Origin: Rhodospirillales bacterium
Lineage (GTDB): Bacteria > Pseudomonadota > Alphaproteobacteria > Rhodospirillales > Defluviicoccaceae
Assembly (NCBI GenBank): GCA_016712375.1
Contig: JADJRE010000014.1
Span: 17,768-81,767, forward strand
Length of the DNA: 64,000 bases
Direction: 5' to 3'
Shown: piece after piece, positions 53,330-63,247 of the stretch
Layout: each line of letters begins with the position of its first letter
How positions within the stretch are numbered: the stretch's first letter is position 1
Position numbers and translations under genes: made by a program
Notes under the pieces: model-generated
Told to the model about the DNA's origin: nothing
What the model saw: only the letters and a program-made list of their open reading frames with translations
Databases searched by the model: none

Positions 53330-53533
53330 CCCGTCACCCAGCGGGCGGTGACGACGAACGGCTGTATGACGCCCAACCGTCGGGTGGGAAAGCGTTCTTA
53401 AAGAGGTTGGCCGCTATAATCCTCATTGGTGTCGTCTGCAGACGCTCAGAGGAAACATGAAGACCTACGCCCGCAAAGGTTGTGATGACAGTCACAGTCA
53501 CACTACCCGTGACGTCGTAACATCCGCTGAGAA

Positions 53534-54685
53534 ATGCAAGGGTTTTACAGACACAATGGCGATAACCCCCTGTCAAGTCATTGCCGATTTTATGACGCTA
53601 GCCTCGATCCAGCACGCTGGCCTCATGCTCTCTTGTCCTTAGGGGAGTGGATCAAGGCAGAAGCTGTCGGTCTTCTGGTTCACGACTTCGATGATGGCTC
53701 GGGGCGGTTTGAGCGCGCCGTCGGGATTAGCGCCGAGGCACAAGCCAACTACCGACGCACTTATGCGCGGGGTAATCCCTGGTTCCAGTCAGATGTTCCC
53801 TTTCGTTGTCCGTCGGGAGTGGCGCGGGGAAGTGATATTGGTAGCTCGGAGGTGCTAAAGGCGTCCCCTTTCCATCGTAACTGGCTCCGGCCGACGGGTC
53901 TTCATCATCACCTTTTCGGCGTGATCGAGCGCCACGGGAGCGTCGTCACCTTTCTGATGCTGGCAAGACGCGACGGTAAGGCGGACTTTGGCGATGACGC
54001 CAAGCGCGACTTGCAAATGTTGCTGCCGACCTTGGCGCGCGGGCTTGGTGCGGGTGCCGGCATCCGTCAGCTGCGGGCGCTAGAGCGAGCTGTCCTGCAT
54101 GCGATTGACGCCCTGCCCATGGGCGTGGTCGTCCTTGACCGAAATGGCGGCGTAATTGAGGCGAATCCCTTTGCACGCAAGTTGATCGAAGTTGGGGAAG
54201 GTCTTGCCGTCATTGACGGCGGCCTGGGAACGGAGGTCGGCAACCGCAAGGTAAAGCTGCGCGATCTGATCGTCCGCTCTGGCGACCGAGCGGGCCAGAC
54301 GATCAGCGATGATCTGGCGCTGCTGCCTGTACAACGGACGTCGTCGCAACGACCGCTGACGTTGCTGCTGGCACCGCTGGAAGAGGAGTCATCAGGCGGC
54401 AACGGCCGTGCCCCCGCAGCGCTACTGTTTATCGGCGATCCGGAGCGACCGACTAAGTTCGATCAAACACGCATTGCGCGTCTTTATGGGCTGAGTCGCG
54501 CTGAATCCCGCGTCGCCGCCTTGCTTGCTGGTGGTTATCGCCTGGAGCAGGTGGCGGAAACGCTCGACATTGCTTACGAGACAGTGCGCAAGCACCTGAA
54601 ACAGATATTCGGCAAGACCGGTACCTATCGGCAAGCGGAGTTGGTGCGCATGCTGGTCACTGGACCAGCGGGCCTGTCGATCTGA
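53534..54685 (+). CDS. LuxR-family transcriptional regulator (N-terminal sensory domains plus C-terminal HTH)
   Basis: C-terminal LSRAESRVAALLAGGYRLEQVAETLDIAYETVRKHLKQIFGKTG is a LuxR/FixJ-type HTH. The N-terminal FYDASLDPARWPHALLSL is typical of this Rhizobiales regulator class. Confidence 0.8.
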   Translation: MQGFYRHNGDNPLSSHCRFYDASLDPARWPHALLSLGEWIKAEAVGLLVHDFDDGSGRFERAVGISAEAQANYRRTYARGNPWFQSDVPFRCPSGVARGSDIGSSEVLKASPFHRNWLRPTGLHHHLFGVIERHGSVVTFLMLARRDGKADFGDDAKRDLQMLLPTLARGLGAGAGIRQLRALERAVLHAIDALPMGVVVLDRNGGVIEANPFARKLIEVGEGLAVIDGGLGTEVGNRKVKLRDLIVRSGDRAGQTISDDLALLPVQRTSSQRPLTLLLAPLEEESSGGNGRAPAALLFIGDPERPTKFDQTRIARLYGLSRAESRVAALLAGGYRLEQVAETLDIAYETVRKHLKQIFGKTGTYRQAELVRMLVTGPAGLSI

Positions 54686-54876
54686 TGTTTCCAACCAAGG
54701 GCCGGCAGATCGGGAGACGGCCTCACCTCTAAGCGGCCGCGGAAAACGAACGCGGAAGCTGCGTCCGGTGCCATAAGGGTGGCCGCGCCCCTATCCCCTC
54801 CGTCAATCGAGCGGCGGGAACAATGTCACGATCGAGGCCCTCGCGACAGCCAGCGGCGACTGCCCGACACTGCGGC

Positions 54877-55977
54877 ATGATTCGCGCCGCAACAGCCGAG
54901 GACATACCCGCCCTCGTCGAGATCGAGAATCGCGCCTTCTCGACCGACCGCATCTCGCGGCGTTCCTTTCGCTACCTGCTGTCGAAGGCTAAGGCGGCAG
55001 TGCTGGTCGAGACTGACGCATCTGGCTTCGTTCGTGGCTACGCGCTGCTGCTGTTCAACCGGGGCACTTCGTTATCGCGTCTCTACTCGATCGCCGTTGA
55101 TCCCTCACGGCAGCGCGAAGGTGTTGGCAGGACCTTGCTGGCAGCAGCGGAGGCGGCTGCCCGCGACCGCGGCACGGCCTGGATGAGGCTCGAGGTTCGT
55201 GCCAACTCGCTGGACGTGCAAGCCTTTTACAAGGCACATGGCTTCCACAAATTTGCTCTCCAACCACACTACTACGAAGACGACGTGGCGGCCGTGCGGA
55301 TGGAGAAATCACTGGCGCCGCGCCGTGATCCGAGCCTGATGCGCGTGCCCTATTACGCGCAGACGCTCGACTTTACCTGCGGGCCGGCGGCGGTACTGAT
55401 GGCCATGCGGGCTCTCGATTCCGGCACGCGGGTCGATCAGACTGCGGAGATCCGGATGTGGCGCGAATCGACGACGGTATTCATGACCTCCGGCCTCGGA
55501 GGCTGTAGCCCGGAGGGTCTGGCGCTGGCGGCGCAGCGCCGCGGCTTCACAGTCGAATTGTTCCTCAGCGAAGGCGGCGTGCTGTTTGTTGATTCCGTTC
55601 GCAGTCCTCTGAAACGGGAGGTAATCCGCCTGGTGCAGGAGGATTTTCGGGAACAGTTGGCGATCTGTGGCGTCAAGATGACATTCCGGCCGTTGACGTT
55701 AGAGGCAATGCGCCGCTATTGCGAAGAAGGCAGCGTGCCGGTGGTATTGATCAGTTCCTGGCGGTTCGATCGCGAAAAGCAGCCGCATTGGGTGGTGGTG
55801 ACCGGGTTCGATTCGAACTACGTCTACCTCCACGATCCGAACGTCGACGAAGAACTCGACAAAACTCCGACCGATTGCATGCAGATCCCGGTGCTGCAAG
55901 GAGAATTCGTTAAGATGGCGCGCTACGGCAAGACGCAACAGCAGGCAGCGTTGGTGATCGGCAGGGTTCGCGACTGA
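54877..55977 (+). CDS. bifunctional GNAT N-acetyltransferase / C39-like cysteine peptidase domain protein
   Basis: ATG 54877 within ORF 54823..55977. GNAT domain: IRAATAEDIPALVEIENRAF...RQREGVGRTLL...AFYKAHGF. Papain-like domain: YYAQTLDFTCGPAAVLMAM...HWVVVTGFDSNYVYLHDP, with a Cys and a His in the C39-type context. Confidence 0.75.
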   Translation: MIRAATAEDIPALVEIENRAFSTDRISRRSFRYLLSKAKAAVLVETDASGFVRGYALLLFNRGTSLSRLYSIAVDPSRQREGVGRTLLAAAEAAARDRGTAWMRLEVRANSLDVQAFYKAHGFHKFALQPHYYEDDVAAVRMEKSLAPRRDPSLMRVPYYAQTLDFTCGPAAVLMAMRALDSGTRVDQTAEIRMWRESTTVFMTSGLGGCSPEGLALAAQRRGFTVELFLSEGGVLFVDSVRSPLKREVIRLVQEDFREQLAICGVKMTFRPLTLEAMRRYCEEGSVPVVLISSWRFDREKQPHWVVVTGFDSNYVYLHDPNVDEELDKTPTDCMQIPVLQGEFVKMARYGKTQQQAALVIGRVRD

Positions 55978-57583
55978 TGCCGTCGCATGTCGTCGTCGTC
56001 GATCGCCGCTCAGACTTTCCTTGGGCCGCTCCGGATCGGCTGGTTATGCCGGCGAAGGAATTTGTGGGTGAAGCGGCGCGTCGTCTTCCTGCCTCGGCGC
56101 GGGTCATCAACCTCTGCCGCGACATGAGCTACCTCAGCCTCGGATACTACTGCTCGCTGCTGGCTGAAGCGCGGGGGCAAAAGGCGATCCCGTCGGTCGA
56201 GGTCATGCTCGACCTGCATTGGAAGCGGCTGTTACGCATCGCTCTACCGGAAGTGAATGAGCTGGTGCGTAGGACTTTCCGCGTGCCGCCGGAGATGCAG
56301 CCACCGTTTACCGTTACGATCTTTTTCGGCGAGCCGGATGACCCTCGCCTGACGGTGGCAGCGCGGCGCATATTCGAGCTGTTCCGCTGCCCGCTCCTGG
56401 CTGTTGAGCTGCGCCACAAGAACGGCTGGGCGATCGAGTCTATCGAGCCGATCTCAATCCGCGAAGTGCACACGGACCAGCGGCAGCTGTTCATTGAGGC
56501 GCTCGATCGGTACACCCGCGCTGCTTGGCGACGCCAACGAACGACGACGCCGGCCCGCTGGTGCATCGCCATGCTGCAAGATCCTAAAGAGAAGCTGCCT
56601 CCGTCAAACGGCAAGGCGCTGGAGCGGTTCGTACGCGCCGGCGCACAGCTGGGCTGCGACGTGGAGTTGATCACCCGCGCCGATTACGGGCGTCTTGCCG
56701 AATTCGATGCCCTGTTCATCCGGGAGACCACGGCGCTCGATCACCACACCTATCGCTTCGCCAAGAAGGCAGAATCCGAGGGGTTGCCGGTGATCGACGA
56801 CACGCGCTCGATCCTCAAGTGCACCAACAAAATCTATCTTGCCGAACTTCTGCAGGCGAACGGAGTCCCGTGCCCGCGGACGCTCATTCTCGATCGTCGT
56901 GGAATCGGCAGGATCGAGCGCGAGTTGGGCTTTCCGGCAGTGATCAAGATACCCGACGGCTCGTTCTCGCGCGGCGTCTACAAGGCGATGAGTGCGGCCG
57001 AGCTGGAGGACATTGCCGAGCGCATCTTCAAGGAGACGGACCTGATCATAGCCCAGGAGTACATGGCGACAGCATTCGACTGGCGAGTAGGCGTGCTCGA
57101 CCGTAATCCGCTGTTCGTCTGCCAGTACTTTATGGCACGCGACCACTGGCAGATCGTCAAGCACGGCAATTCCGGCGAGGCCGAAGAGGGTGGGGCGCGA
57201 ACCTTTGCACTCGCCGACGCGCCTGCGAAGGTCGTCGAGATAGCAACAAAGCGGCCAGCCTGATCGGCTCCGGTCTTTATGGCGTCGATTTGAAGCAGAA
57301 CGAGCGCGGCGTCTTTGTTGTCGAGGTCAATGACAACCCTAATATCGACGCCGGGGTTGAGGATGCGGTGCTGAAAGACGAACTCTACCGCGCCGTCATC
57401 GGTTCGCTGGTCCGGCGGTTGGAGAAGCGCATGCAGCCGGGCCGCGGTCGCAATGGCAATGCGCTGACGCTCGGGCAGCCGCAATCGCTTGATCGGCTAT
57501 TGAATCCCTCTCGCGACGGTTCCATCCGCTCGGCAGCGGAAGTGATCCCTGTCGACGAAGGCAGGACCACCGTCACCGGCTGA
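55977..57583 (+). pseudogene. RimK-family ATP-grasp ligase with RLAN-type N-terminal domain, frame broken once as sequenced
   Basis: ORF 55977..57263 (N-domain ...SYLSLGYYCSLLAEARGQKAIPS...; ATP-grasp LPVIDD...NKIYL...FPAVIKIPDGSFSRGV...IAQEYM...DWRVGVL) continues in ORF 57290..57583 (GLYGVDLKQNERGVFVVEVNDNPNID). The break is near 57250. The ATG overlaps the upstream TGA. Confidence 0.8.
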
Positions 57584-57841
57584 GGCCTCCCCGCCCCAAG
57601 CGCAATGACGCGAACAGGTGCCGCTTGGTCTTGCATCGGCTGATGCATTTGCGTATGATCTTCACCTGCTGAGGTAACGAAACACCTTCGCGTGTTCAGT
57701 CCAAGTCTACGGTGCGAAGTCGGGTAGTAGCTCACTAGAAGCTGCGCCCTCGAACAGGGTCTGCTAGTGTAATCCTTACCATCTTGATCGGTCGAAGTTG
57801 TTCGGCTCAAAATTGTGTGCAATGGGGAGGGAGGGATATCT

Positions 57842-59893
57842 ATGTCCCTGCGCAGTTTTAATCAGACTTTGACAATCGCCGGCACCGTCGTCGGCATAGA
57901 TCTCGCCGTTCCTTCATTTACAGTGGAAGCTCGCAGCGGCGACAAATTCGAGGCCGTCGTCGGCCGAGAGACATATTACTCGGTGCTGTCTAATCTGGAC
58001 GGCCTCGATCGGAACCGCGTTCCTCCGCCGGAAGGCGTCTCTGGTGACGACAGCGTGATCTACAACCTGCAGAAGTATGCCGTGGCTGGCCGGCCGCTGT
58101 CGGTCAGGGGCATTTATCAGCAAAATGACGGCCGCGAGCGATTCGAGGCACGCGACGTATACCTGCTGCACTCCGATCCACAGCGCTACCTGTTCGAGGA
58201 AACGCACTGGTGGCCGACCCAGGTGACGCAGATGGCCGATCGAATCCTCGACCATCTGTTCGATGCCAAGCGCAGTTACTCGATCGACGATTTCTCTGAA
58301 TTCTACCGGACGAACCTGAATATCCTTGGCCAGGCGACGGACGAGACGGTGCAGGAATGTGCCGTGCTGTCGCGGCTTCTCTACGACTTGGCGTCCGCTT
58401 ATATGATGACTGGCGCCGAACGTTACCTGATGGCGGCGCGCGCGGCGGCGAACTACCTGCGCGAGGCGTTCCGCAGCCTCAGTCACGACGGGCGCTATTG
58501 CTTCTGGGCTTACGGCCGGCGGCGCAACATACAGGGCGAGCGCGGCGAGTATCTGCTGTTCGCCTCGCAAGGCCCGGACGACCACGGGACAATCCCGCTT
58601 TACGAGCAAATTTACGCGCTCGCCGGTCTGACGCAGTTTTACCGTATCACCCTGGACTGGGAGGTCCTGGAGGACATCCGACGCACCATCAACAGCTTCC
58701 AGGATTTCTTCTGGGACCCGCCGTCGGCCAAGGAGAAGGGCTTCGCCGGCGCCGGCGGCTATTATTCGCACCTCGATCCGGCGACAATGCGCCCCGATAC
58801 GGTGACGCCTGAAGAAAACCGTTCGCGCAAGAACTGGAATTCCGTGGGCGACCACATCCCGGCGTACCTGGTCAACCTCATCCTGTCGATCGAGCCGCTG
58901 CCCCAGGGTACCGTTCGGCAAATGTTCGCGCCGCTGCTCGAACGCTGCCACGGCATTCTGGAGGAGACCTCGTCGCTGATCTGCGAGAAGTTCCCGGACC
59001 CGAATTCGGATTTTGTCATCGAACGGTTTCATGCCGACTGGACGCCCGACCTGTCCTACCGCTGGCAGCAGAACCGGGCGGTGGTCGGCCACGACCTGAA
59101 GATCGCCTGGAACCTGACGCGCTGTGCCTATTACTTCCAGACACGTGCCAAGCGACTGCGCGATGCCGGCAAACCGCAGGACGCCGCTGGCTACGATCAA
59201 CGCTCCGACCGCTGCCTGGAGGTCGCGAAACGACTGGCTGATCGCATGGGCGAGGTCGGGCTGGACAAGATTCGCGGCGGCATCTTCGACTGCGTCGAAC
59301 GCAATCCGAGCGGCGGAATGCCAACCCAGTTTGCCTGGGGCGCCACCAAAGACTTCTGGCAGCAGGAGCAGGGCATACTCGCCTACCTTATCCTTTACGG
59401 CGCGACCAACGACGCCAAGTACCTGCGGATGGCGCGCGAGTCGTCGGCCTTCTGGAACCTGTTCTTCCTCGACCGCGAACGGCAGGGATACTTCTTCCGC
59501 ACCACCGAAAACGGCCTGCCGATCCTGGAAGGCCAGTATGCGATGAAGAGCAGCCACGCCATCGGCTACCATGCCTTCGAGTTGGCCTATCTTGCCCACC
59601 TGTACACTCGCGCGCATGTGGCTGCGGGCGGTGGCAGCGACAACAGCTTCTGTCTTTATTTCAAGATCTGCAGCATCAAGCAGCAGCAGTCGATCAACGT
59701 GCTGCCCGACTTTATGCCCCCCGGCCGGGTGCGCATTGCTTCGGTACGCGCTAACGGTGTGGACGTGACGGAGGATCTCGATCCGGCAAATCTCGCCGAA
59801 TACCAGATACCGACTGATGCAATGACGCCAGATCCGGTGAGCGGCGCTGTCGAACTCGTCGTCGAGTTCCACGCAAGTCCTGCTCATTCGTAG
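57842..59893 (+). CDS. N-acylglucosamine 2-epimerase (AGE) superfamily (alpha/alpha)6-barrel protein with extra N- and C-terminal domains
   Basis: ATG 57842 after gggagggaggga, within ORF 57815..59893. VVGHDLKIAWNL and FWQQEQGILAYL match the GH-x-E...W and W-x-Q-x-E motifs of AGE / cellobiose-2-epimerase-type barrels. Function unknown. Confidence 0.65.
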   Translation: MSLRSFNQTLTIAGTVVGIDLAVPSFTVEARSGDKFEAVVGRETYYSVLSNLDGLDRNRVPPPEGVSGDDSVIYNLQKYAVAGRPLSVRGIYQQNDGRERFEARDVYLLHSDPQRYLFEETHWWPTQVTQMADRILDHLFDAKRSYSIDDFSEFYRTNLNILGQATDETVQECAVLSRLLYDLASAYMMTGAERYLMAARAAANYLREAFRSLSHDGRYCFWAYGRRRNIQGERGEYLLFASQGPDDHGTIPLYEQIYALAGLTQFYRITLDWEVLEDIRRTINSFQDFFWDPPSAKEKGFAGAGGYYSHLDPATMRPDTVTPEENRSRKNWNSVGDHIPAYLVNLILSIEPLPQGTVRQMFAPLLERCHGILEETSSLICEKFPDPNSDFVIERFHADWTPDLSYRWQQNRAVVGHDLKIAWNLTRCAYYFQTRAKRLRDAGKPQDAAGYDQRSDRCLEVAKRLADRMGEVGLDKIRGGIFDCVERNPSGGMPTQFAWGATKDFWQQEQGILAYLILYGATNDAKYLRMARESSAFWNLFFLDRERQGYFFRTTENGLPILEGQYAMKSSHAIGYHAFELAYLAHLYTRAHVAAGGGSDNSFCLYFKICSIKQQQSINVLPDFMPPGRVRIASVRANGVDVTEDLDPANLAEYQIPTDAMTPDPVSGAVELVVEFHASPAHS

Positions 59894-59917
59894 CAGTCTT
59901 GAGGTCAAGAGGCTCAG

Positions 59918-61470
59918 ATGCCCGACAAGTCGCTCGCCGGCAAGAAGATCGCCGTACTGGTCGAAAGTCAGTACATCCCCGGAGAAATCAGGGCATATCA
60001 GGAGCGCTTCGCCTCTTATGGTGCTGAAGTGCATCTGATGTCTCGGCTGTGGGGAAACCCCAGCGGACGCTTCTATTCAACCGTTGAGCCGGACGACAAG
60101 GGCAACGTCCCGCCGATCGAATGGCTCGATGTATCAATCGATTTCGACCACGTGAACCTGAACGACTACGCCGCGGTGGTCGCGGCAGCCAACTATACAA
60201 CCGTCCGCCTGCGCTATTCCGAGCGGGAGATCACCACCGGCAACGCTGCCGAGGTGGCGCGCAATGCGCCCGCGGCGCGTTTCTTCCGCCGGGCGATGGA
60301 GAACCCGAAGATCATCAAGGGGGCGCCGTGCCATGCGCTGTGGCTGCTGACGCCCTCGCCCGACCTGCTGGCCGGTCGCAAGGTGATCTGCAATCCCGTG
60401 GTGCTGGCCGACCTCATTAACGCCGGCGCCATCTACACGCCCTGTCCCGCCGGCACGCCGCCCGAGCAGCAGGTAGTGGTCGATCGCGATCTCGTCACGA
60501 ATCCGGGATGGCACGCCAGCAACGCCCTCGTTGATGCGATGCGCGAGCAGATCCTTAATCCGCCGCTAGCGTTACAGACCGACCCGCCGCCGGCGGTCCC
60601 GGTCACGCCGGCCAAGCGCCGCATCCTGATTGTGCTCTCGGAGTGGGGATACTGGGGTGAGGAGCTGGTCGGACCGCTGGGCGAGTTCGATCGGGCAGGC
60701 TATCAGATCGACTTCTGCACCCCGAACGGCCGTCGGCCGAACGCCATTCCCGTCAGTTGGGATCCCAGCTTCTTCGATCCGCCGCTGCAACGGCCGGTGA
60801 CCTCCGACAGCATGGCCGCGCGTGTCATCGAGATGGATGATCCCTCGACGCAGCAGGGAAAGCGCCTCGACAATCCGATCAGCCTCGCGGACTGGTTCCC
60901 GCAGCGGCCCTACTTCGCGGCGCCCACGTTCGTGCGTGGCCTGGAAGCTTACAACCGCCAGCTGGTCGATGCGCAGCGCGGGATCGAGAAGTACGACGCG
61001 GTGCTTATCGTCGGCGGCTCGGGGCCGATCGTCGATCTCGTCAACAACCAGCGGGTTCACGATCTGATCTTGGCCTTCCTCGCCGCCGGCAAGCCGATCG
61101 GCGCGGAATGCTATGGTGTTGCCTGCCTCGCCTTCGCCCGCGACATGAACATGCGAGAGAGCATTATCCGCGGCAAGCACGTCACCGGGCACTGCCTGGA
61201 GTACGACTACCAGGACGGCACCGCGTTTGTCGAATCGCGCGGGCAATTCCTGAACTTCAACATGGGCCCGCCGCCTTACGCGCTGGAGTTCATCCTGCGG
61301 GACGCCACGGCGCCGGGCGGTGCCTACCATGGCAATTTCGGCCACCCGACCAGTGTCATCGTTGATTATCCGTTTATCACCGGCCGGTCGACGCCGGACA
61401 GCATCCTCACCGGTCAAAAAATGATCAAGTGCTCGACGGCAACCCGCCGCTGCGCCGGTGGGGTTGGTAA
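59918..61470 (+). pseudogene. tandem DJ-1/PfpI (class I glutamine-amidotransferase-like) domain protein, C-terminus frame-broken as sequenced
   Basis: Two repeats: KKIAVLVESQY...IKGAPCHALWLL...VVVDRDLVT and RRILIVLSEWGY...DAVLIVGGSG...PIGAECYGVACLA...VIVDYPFITGRS. After ...GQKMIK (about 61425) the -1 frame gives VLDGNPPLRRWGW and TAA 61468..61470. The track ORF runs on out of frame to 61864. Confidence 0.75.
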
Positions 61471-61538
61471 AGCGCATATCCCGCCGTCGCGCCTGGCCGG
61501 CGGCAGGCAGTTACATGCACGGATAAGGAGCAGGCGTC

Positions 61539-63218
61539 ATGCCCACAGCATCGGGGCATCGCAAGCTGCTGGAGCAGTTGGAAGCCGATGGCATCACCAC
61601 GATGTTCGGCAATCCCGGCAGCAGCGAAGAGGGGTTGCTCGACGAGATCAGCCGCTTTCCCGGAATCCGCTACATCCTGGGCCTGCAGGAGGCGACGGTC
61701 GTGCAGATCGCTGCCGGTTTCGCGCAGGCGACGCAGCGCCCGACCGCCGTTCAGCTGCACTGCAGCGTCGGCACCGGCAACGCCCTAGGCAGCCTGTACC
61801 ATGTGTTTCGCAAGCAGCGGACGCCGCTGGTGGTGATCGCGGGCGAAGCGGGTATGTCATATGACGCGCTCGACGCGCACATGGCGCTTGATCTCGTCAC
61901 CTTCGCCCGGCCGGTGACCAAGTACGCGGCGCGGGCCATCCATCCGGGCAGCCTTCTGCGGCTGCTGCGTCGCTGCATCAAGACAGCGATGACGCCCCCC
62001 TTCGGTCCCACCTACCTTGCCGTGCCACAGGACGTGCTCGACATGCCGAATGACGAGCCGGTGCTGCCGACGTCGATCCCGGACACGCGCGTGGCGCCGT
62101 CGCCCGAGGCCATCGCCCATGCAGCGGAGCTGCTGGCTGGTGCTGAAAATCCGGTGATCATCATCGGCGACGGCGTTTCGCACGCCCAGGCACACGGCGA
62201 ACTGGCGACGGTGGCGGAGCGGCTTGGTGCCGGCGTCTGGGGGGCCATGGTCTCCGAGCTGAACATCCCGTGGTCGCACCCGCTCTACCGCGGGCTGACA
62301 GGGCACATGTTTGGGTCCACCAGCCGACGCATCGTTGAGGACGCCGACGCCGTGCTGATCTGCGGCACCTATGTTTTCCCGGACGTTTTCCCGCTGGTGG
62401 AAAATCCGTTTCGCCCGGACGCCAAGATCGTGCACATCGATCTGGACACCTATGCCCTCGCCAAGAACCACGCAGTGACCCTTGCTCTGGCCAGCGATCC
62501 GAAACCGACGCTGGCGCTGCTGGCCGATGCTCTGGCGGCACGCATGACACCCGCGCAAAAACAGGCGGCGGCGGCCCGCGCTGAACAACTTCGTGCGGAC
62601 AAGGCGGCAGCGCGCCTGCGCGATCTGGCGGCGGATGCCGAGCGGCGCGAGGCGGTACCGCTTTACATGTCGGCGTTTGCTGAAGAGCTGGCGAAGCATC
62701 TGCCACCTGACGCCATCGTCTATGACGAAGCGCTCACGTCGTCAGGTCTCACGCGCTATTTCGTGCCCGAGCGTCCTGGCAGCTTCTTTCAAACGCCGGG
62801 AGGTACGCTTGGCGTCGCCTTTCCCGGCGCCATCGGTGTGAAGATTGCGCATCCCGACCGCACGGTGATCGGCTTTGGTGGCGACGGTGGCGCTCTTTAT
62901 ACCTTTCAGTCGCTGTGGACCGCGGCGCATTACCGCGTGGCTGCCAAGTTTGTCGTCTGCAACAATCGAAGCTACCGGCTGCTGAAAGACAATCTCGTCG
63001 TCTACTGGCGCGACATGAATATCCAGCAGACGAATTTCCCGCCGTCGTTCGACATCCATGATCCGGAGATTGATTACGTGGCGCTCGCGAAGGGACTGGG
63101 CGTGCCTGGCCTGCGGGTGACCAAACCTGGCGAAATGGCTGGGGCCATCTCCGCAATGTTGTCGCACGACGGTCCATTCCTGATCGACCTGATCATGGAA
63201 GACAGCGTGCACCGCTAG
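61539..63218 (+). CDS. thiamine-diphosphate-dependent enzyme (acetolactate synthase / benzoylformate decarboxylase family)
   Basis: aaggag RBS. N-terminal GITTMFGNPGSSEEGLLD, and the ThDP-binding motif GFGGDGGALYTFQSLWTAAHY...VVCNNRSY. Confidence 0.85.
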   Translation: MPTASGHRKLLEQLEADGITTMFGNPGSSEEGLLDEISRFPGIRYILGLQEATVVQIAAGFAQATQRPTAVQLHCSVGTGNALGSLYHVFRKQRTPLVVIAGEAGMSYDALDAHMALDLVTFARPVTKYAARAIHPGSLLRLLRRCIKTAMTPPFGPTYLAVPQDVLDMPNDEPVLPTSIPDTRVAPSPEAIAHAAELLAGAENPVIIIGDGVSHAQAHGELATVAERLGAGVWGAMVSELNIPWSHPLYRGLTGHMFGSTSRRIVEDADAVLICGTYVFPDVFPLVENPFRPDAKIVHIDLDTYALAKNHAVTLALASDPKPTLALLADALAARMTPAQKQAAAARAEQLRADKAAARLRDLAADAERREAVPLYMSAFAEELAKHLPPDAIVYDEALTSSGLTRYFVPERPGSFFQTPGGTLGVAFPGAIGVKIAHPDRTVIGFGGDGGALYTFQSLWTAAHYRVAAKFVVCNNRSYRLLKDNLVVYWRDMNIQQTNFPPSFDIHDPEIDYVALAKGLGVPGLRVTKPGEMAGAISAMLSHDGPFLIDLIMEDSVHR

Positions 63219-63247
63219 CGCCGACACCGCGCCGGGAGAGACAGCCG

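Noticed and set aside
57914-60034. 706-aa ORF on the minus strand
   Set aside because: It is antisense to the AGE-like gene, whose frame has recognisable family motifs and a strong RBS. The minus-strand translation is Arg/Val/Ala-rich with no recognisable domain. This is typical of GC-rich shadow ORFs.
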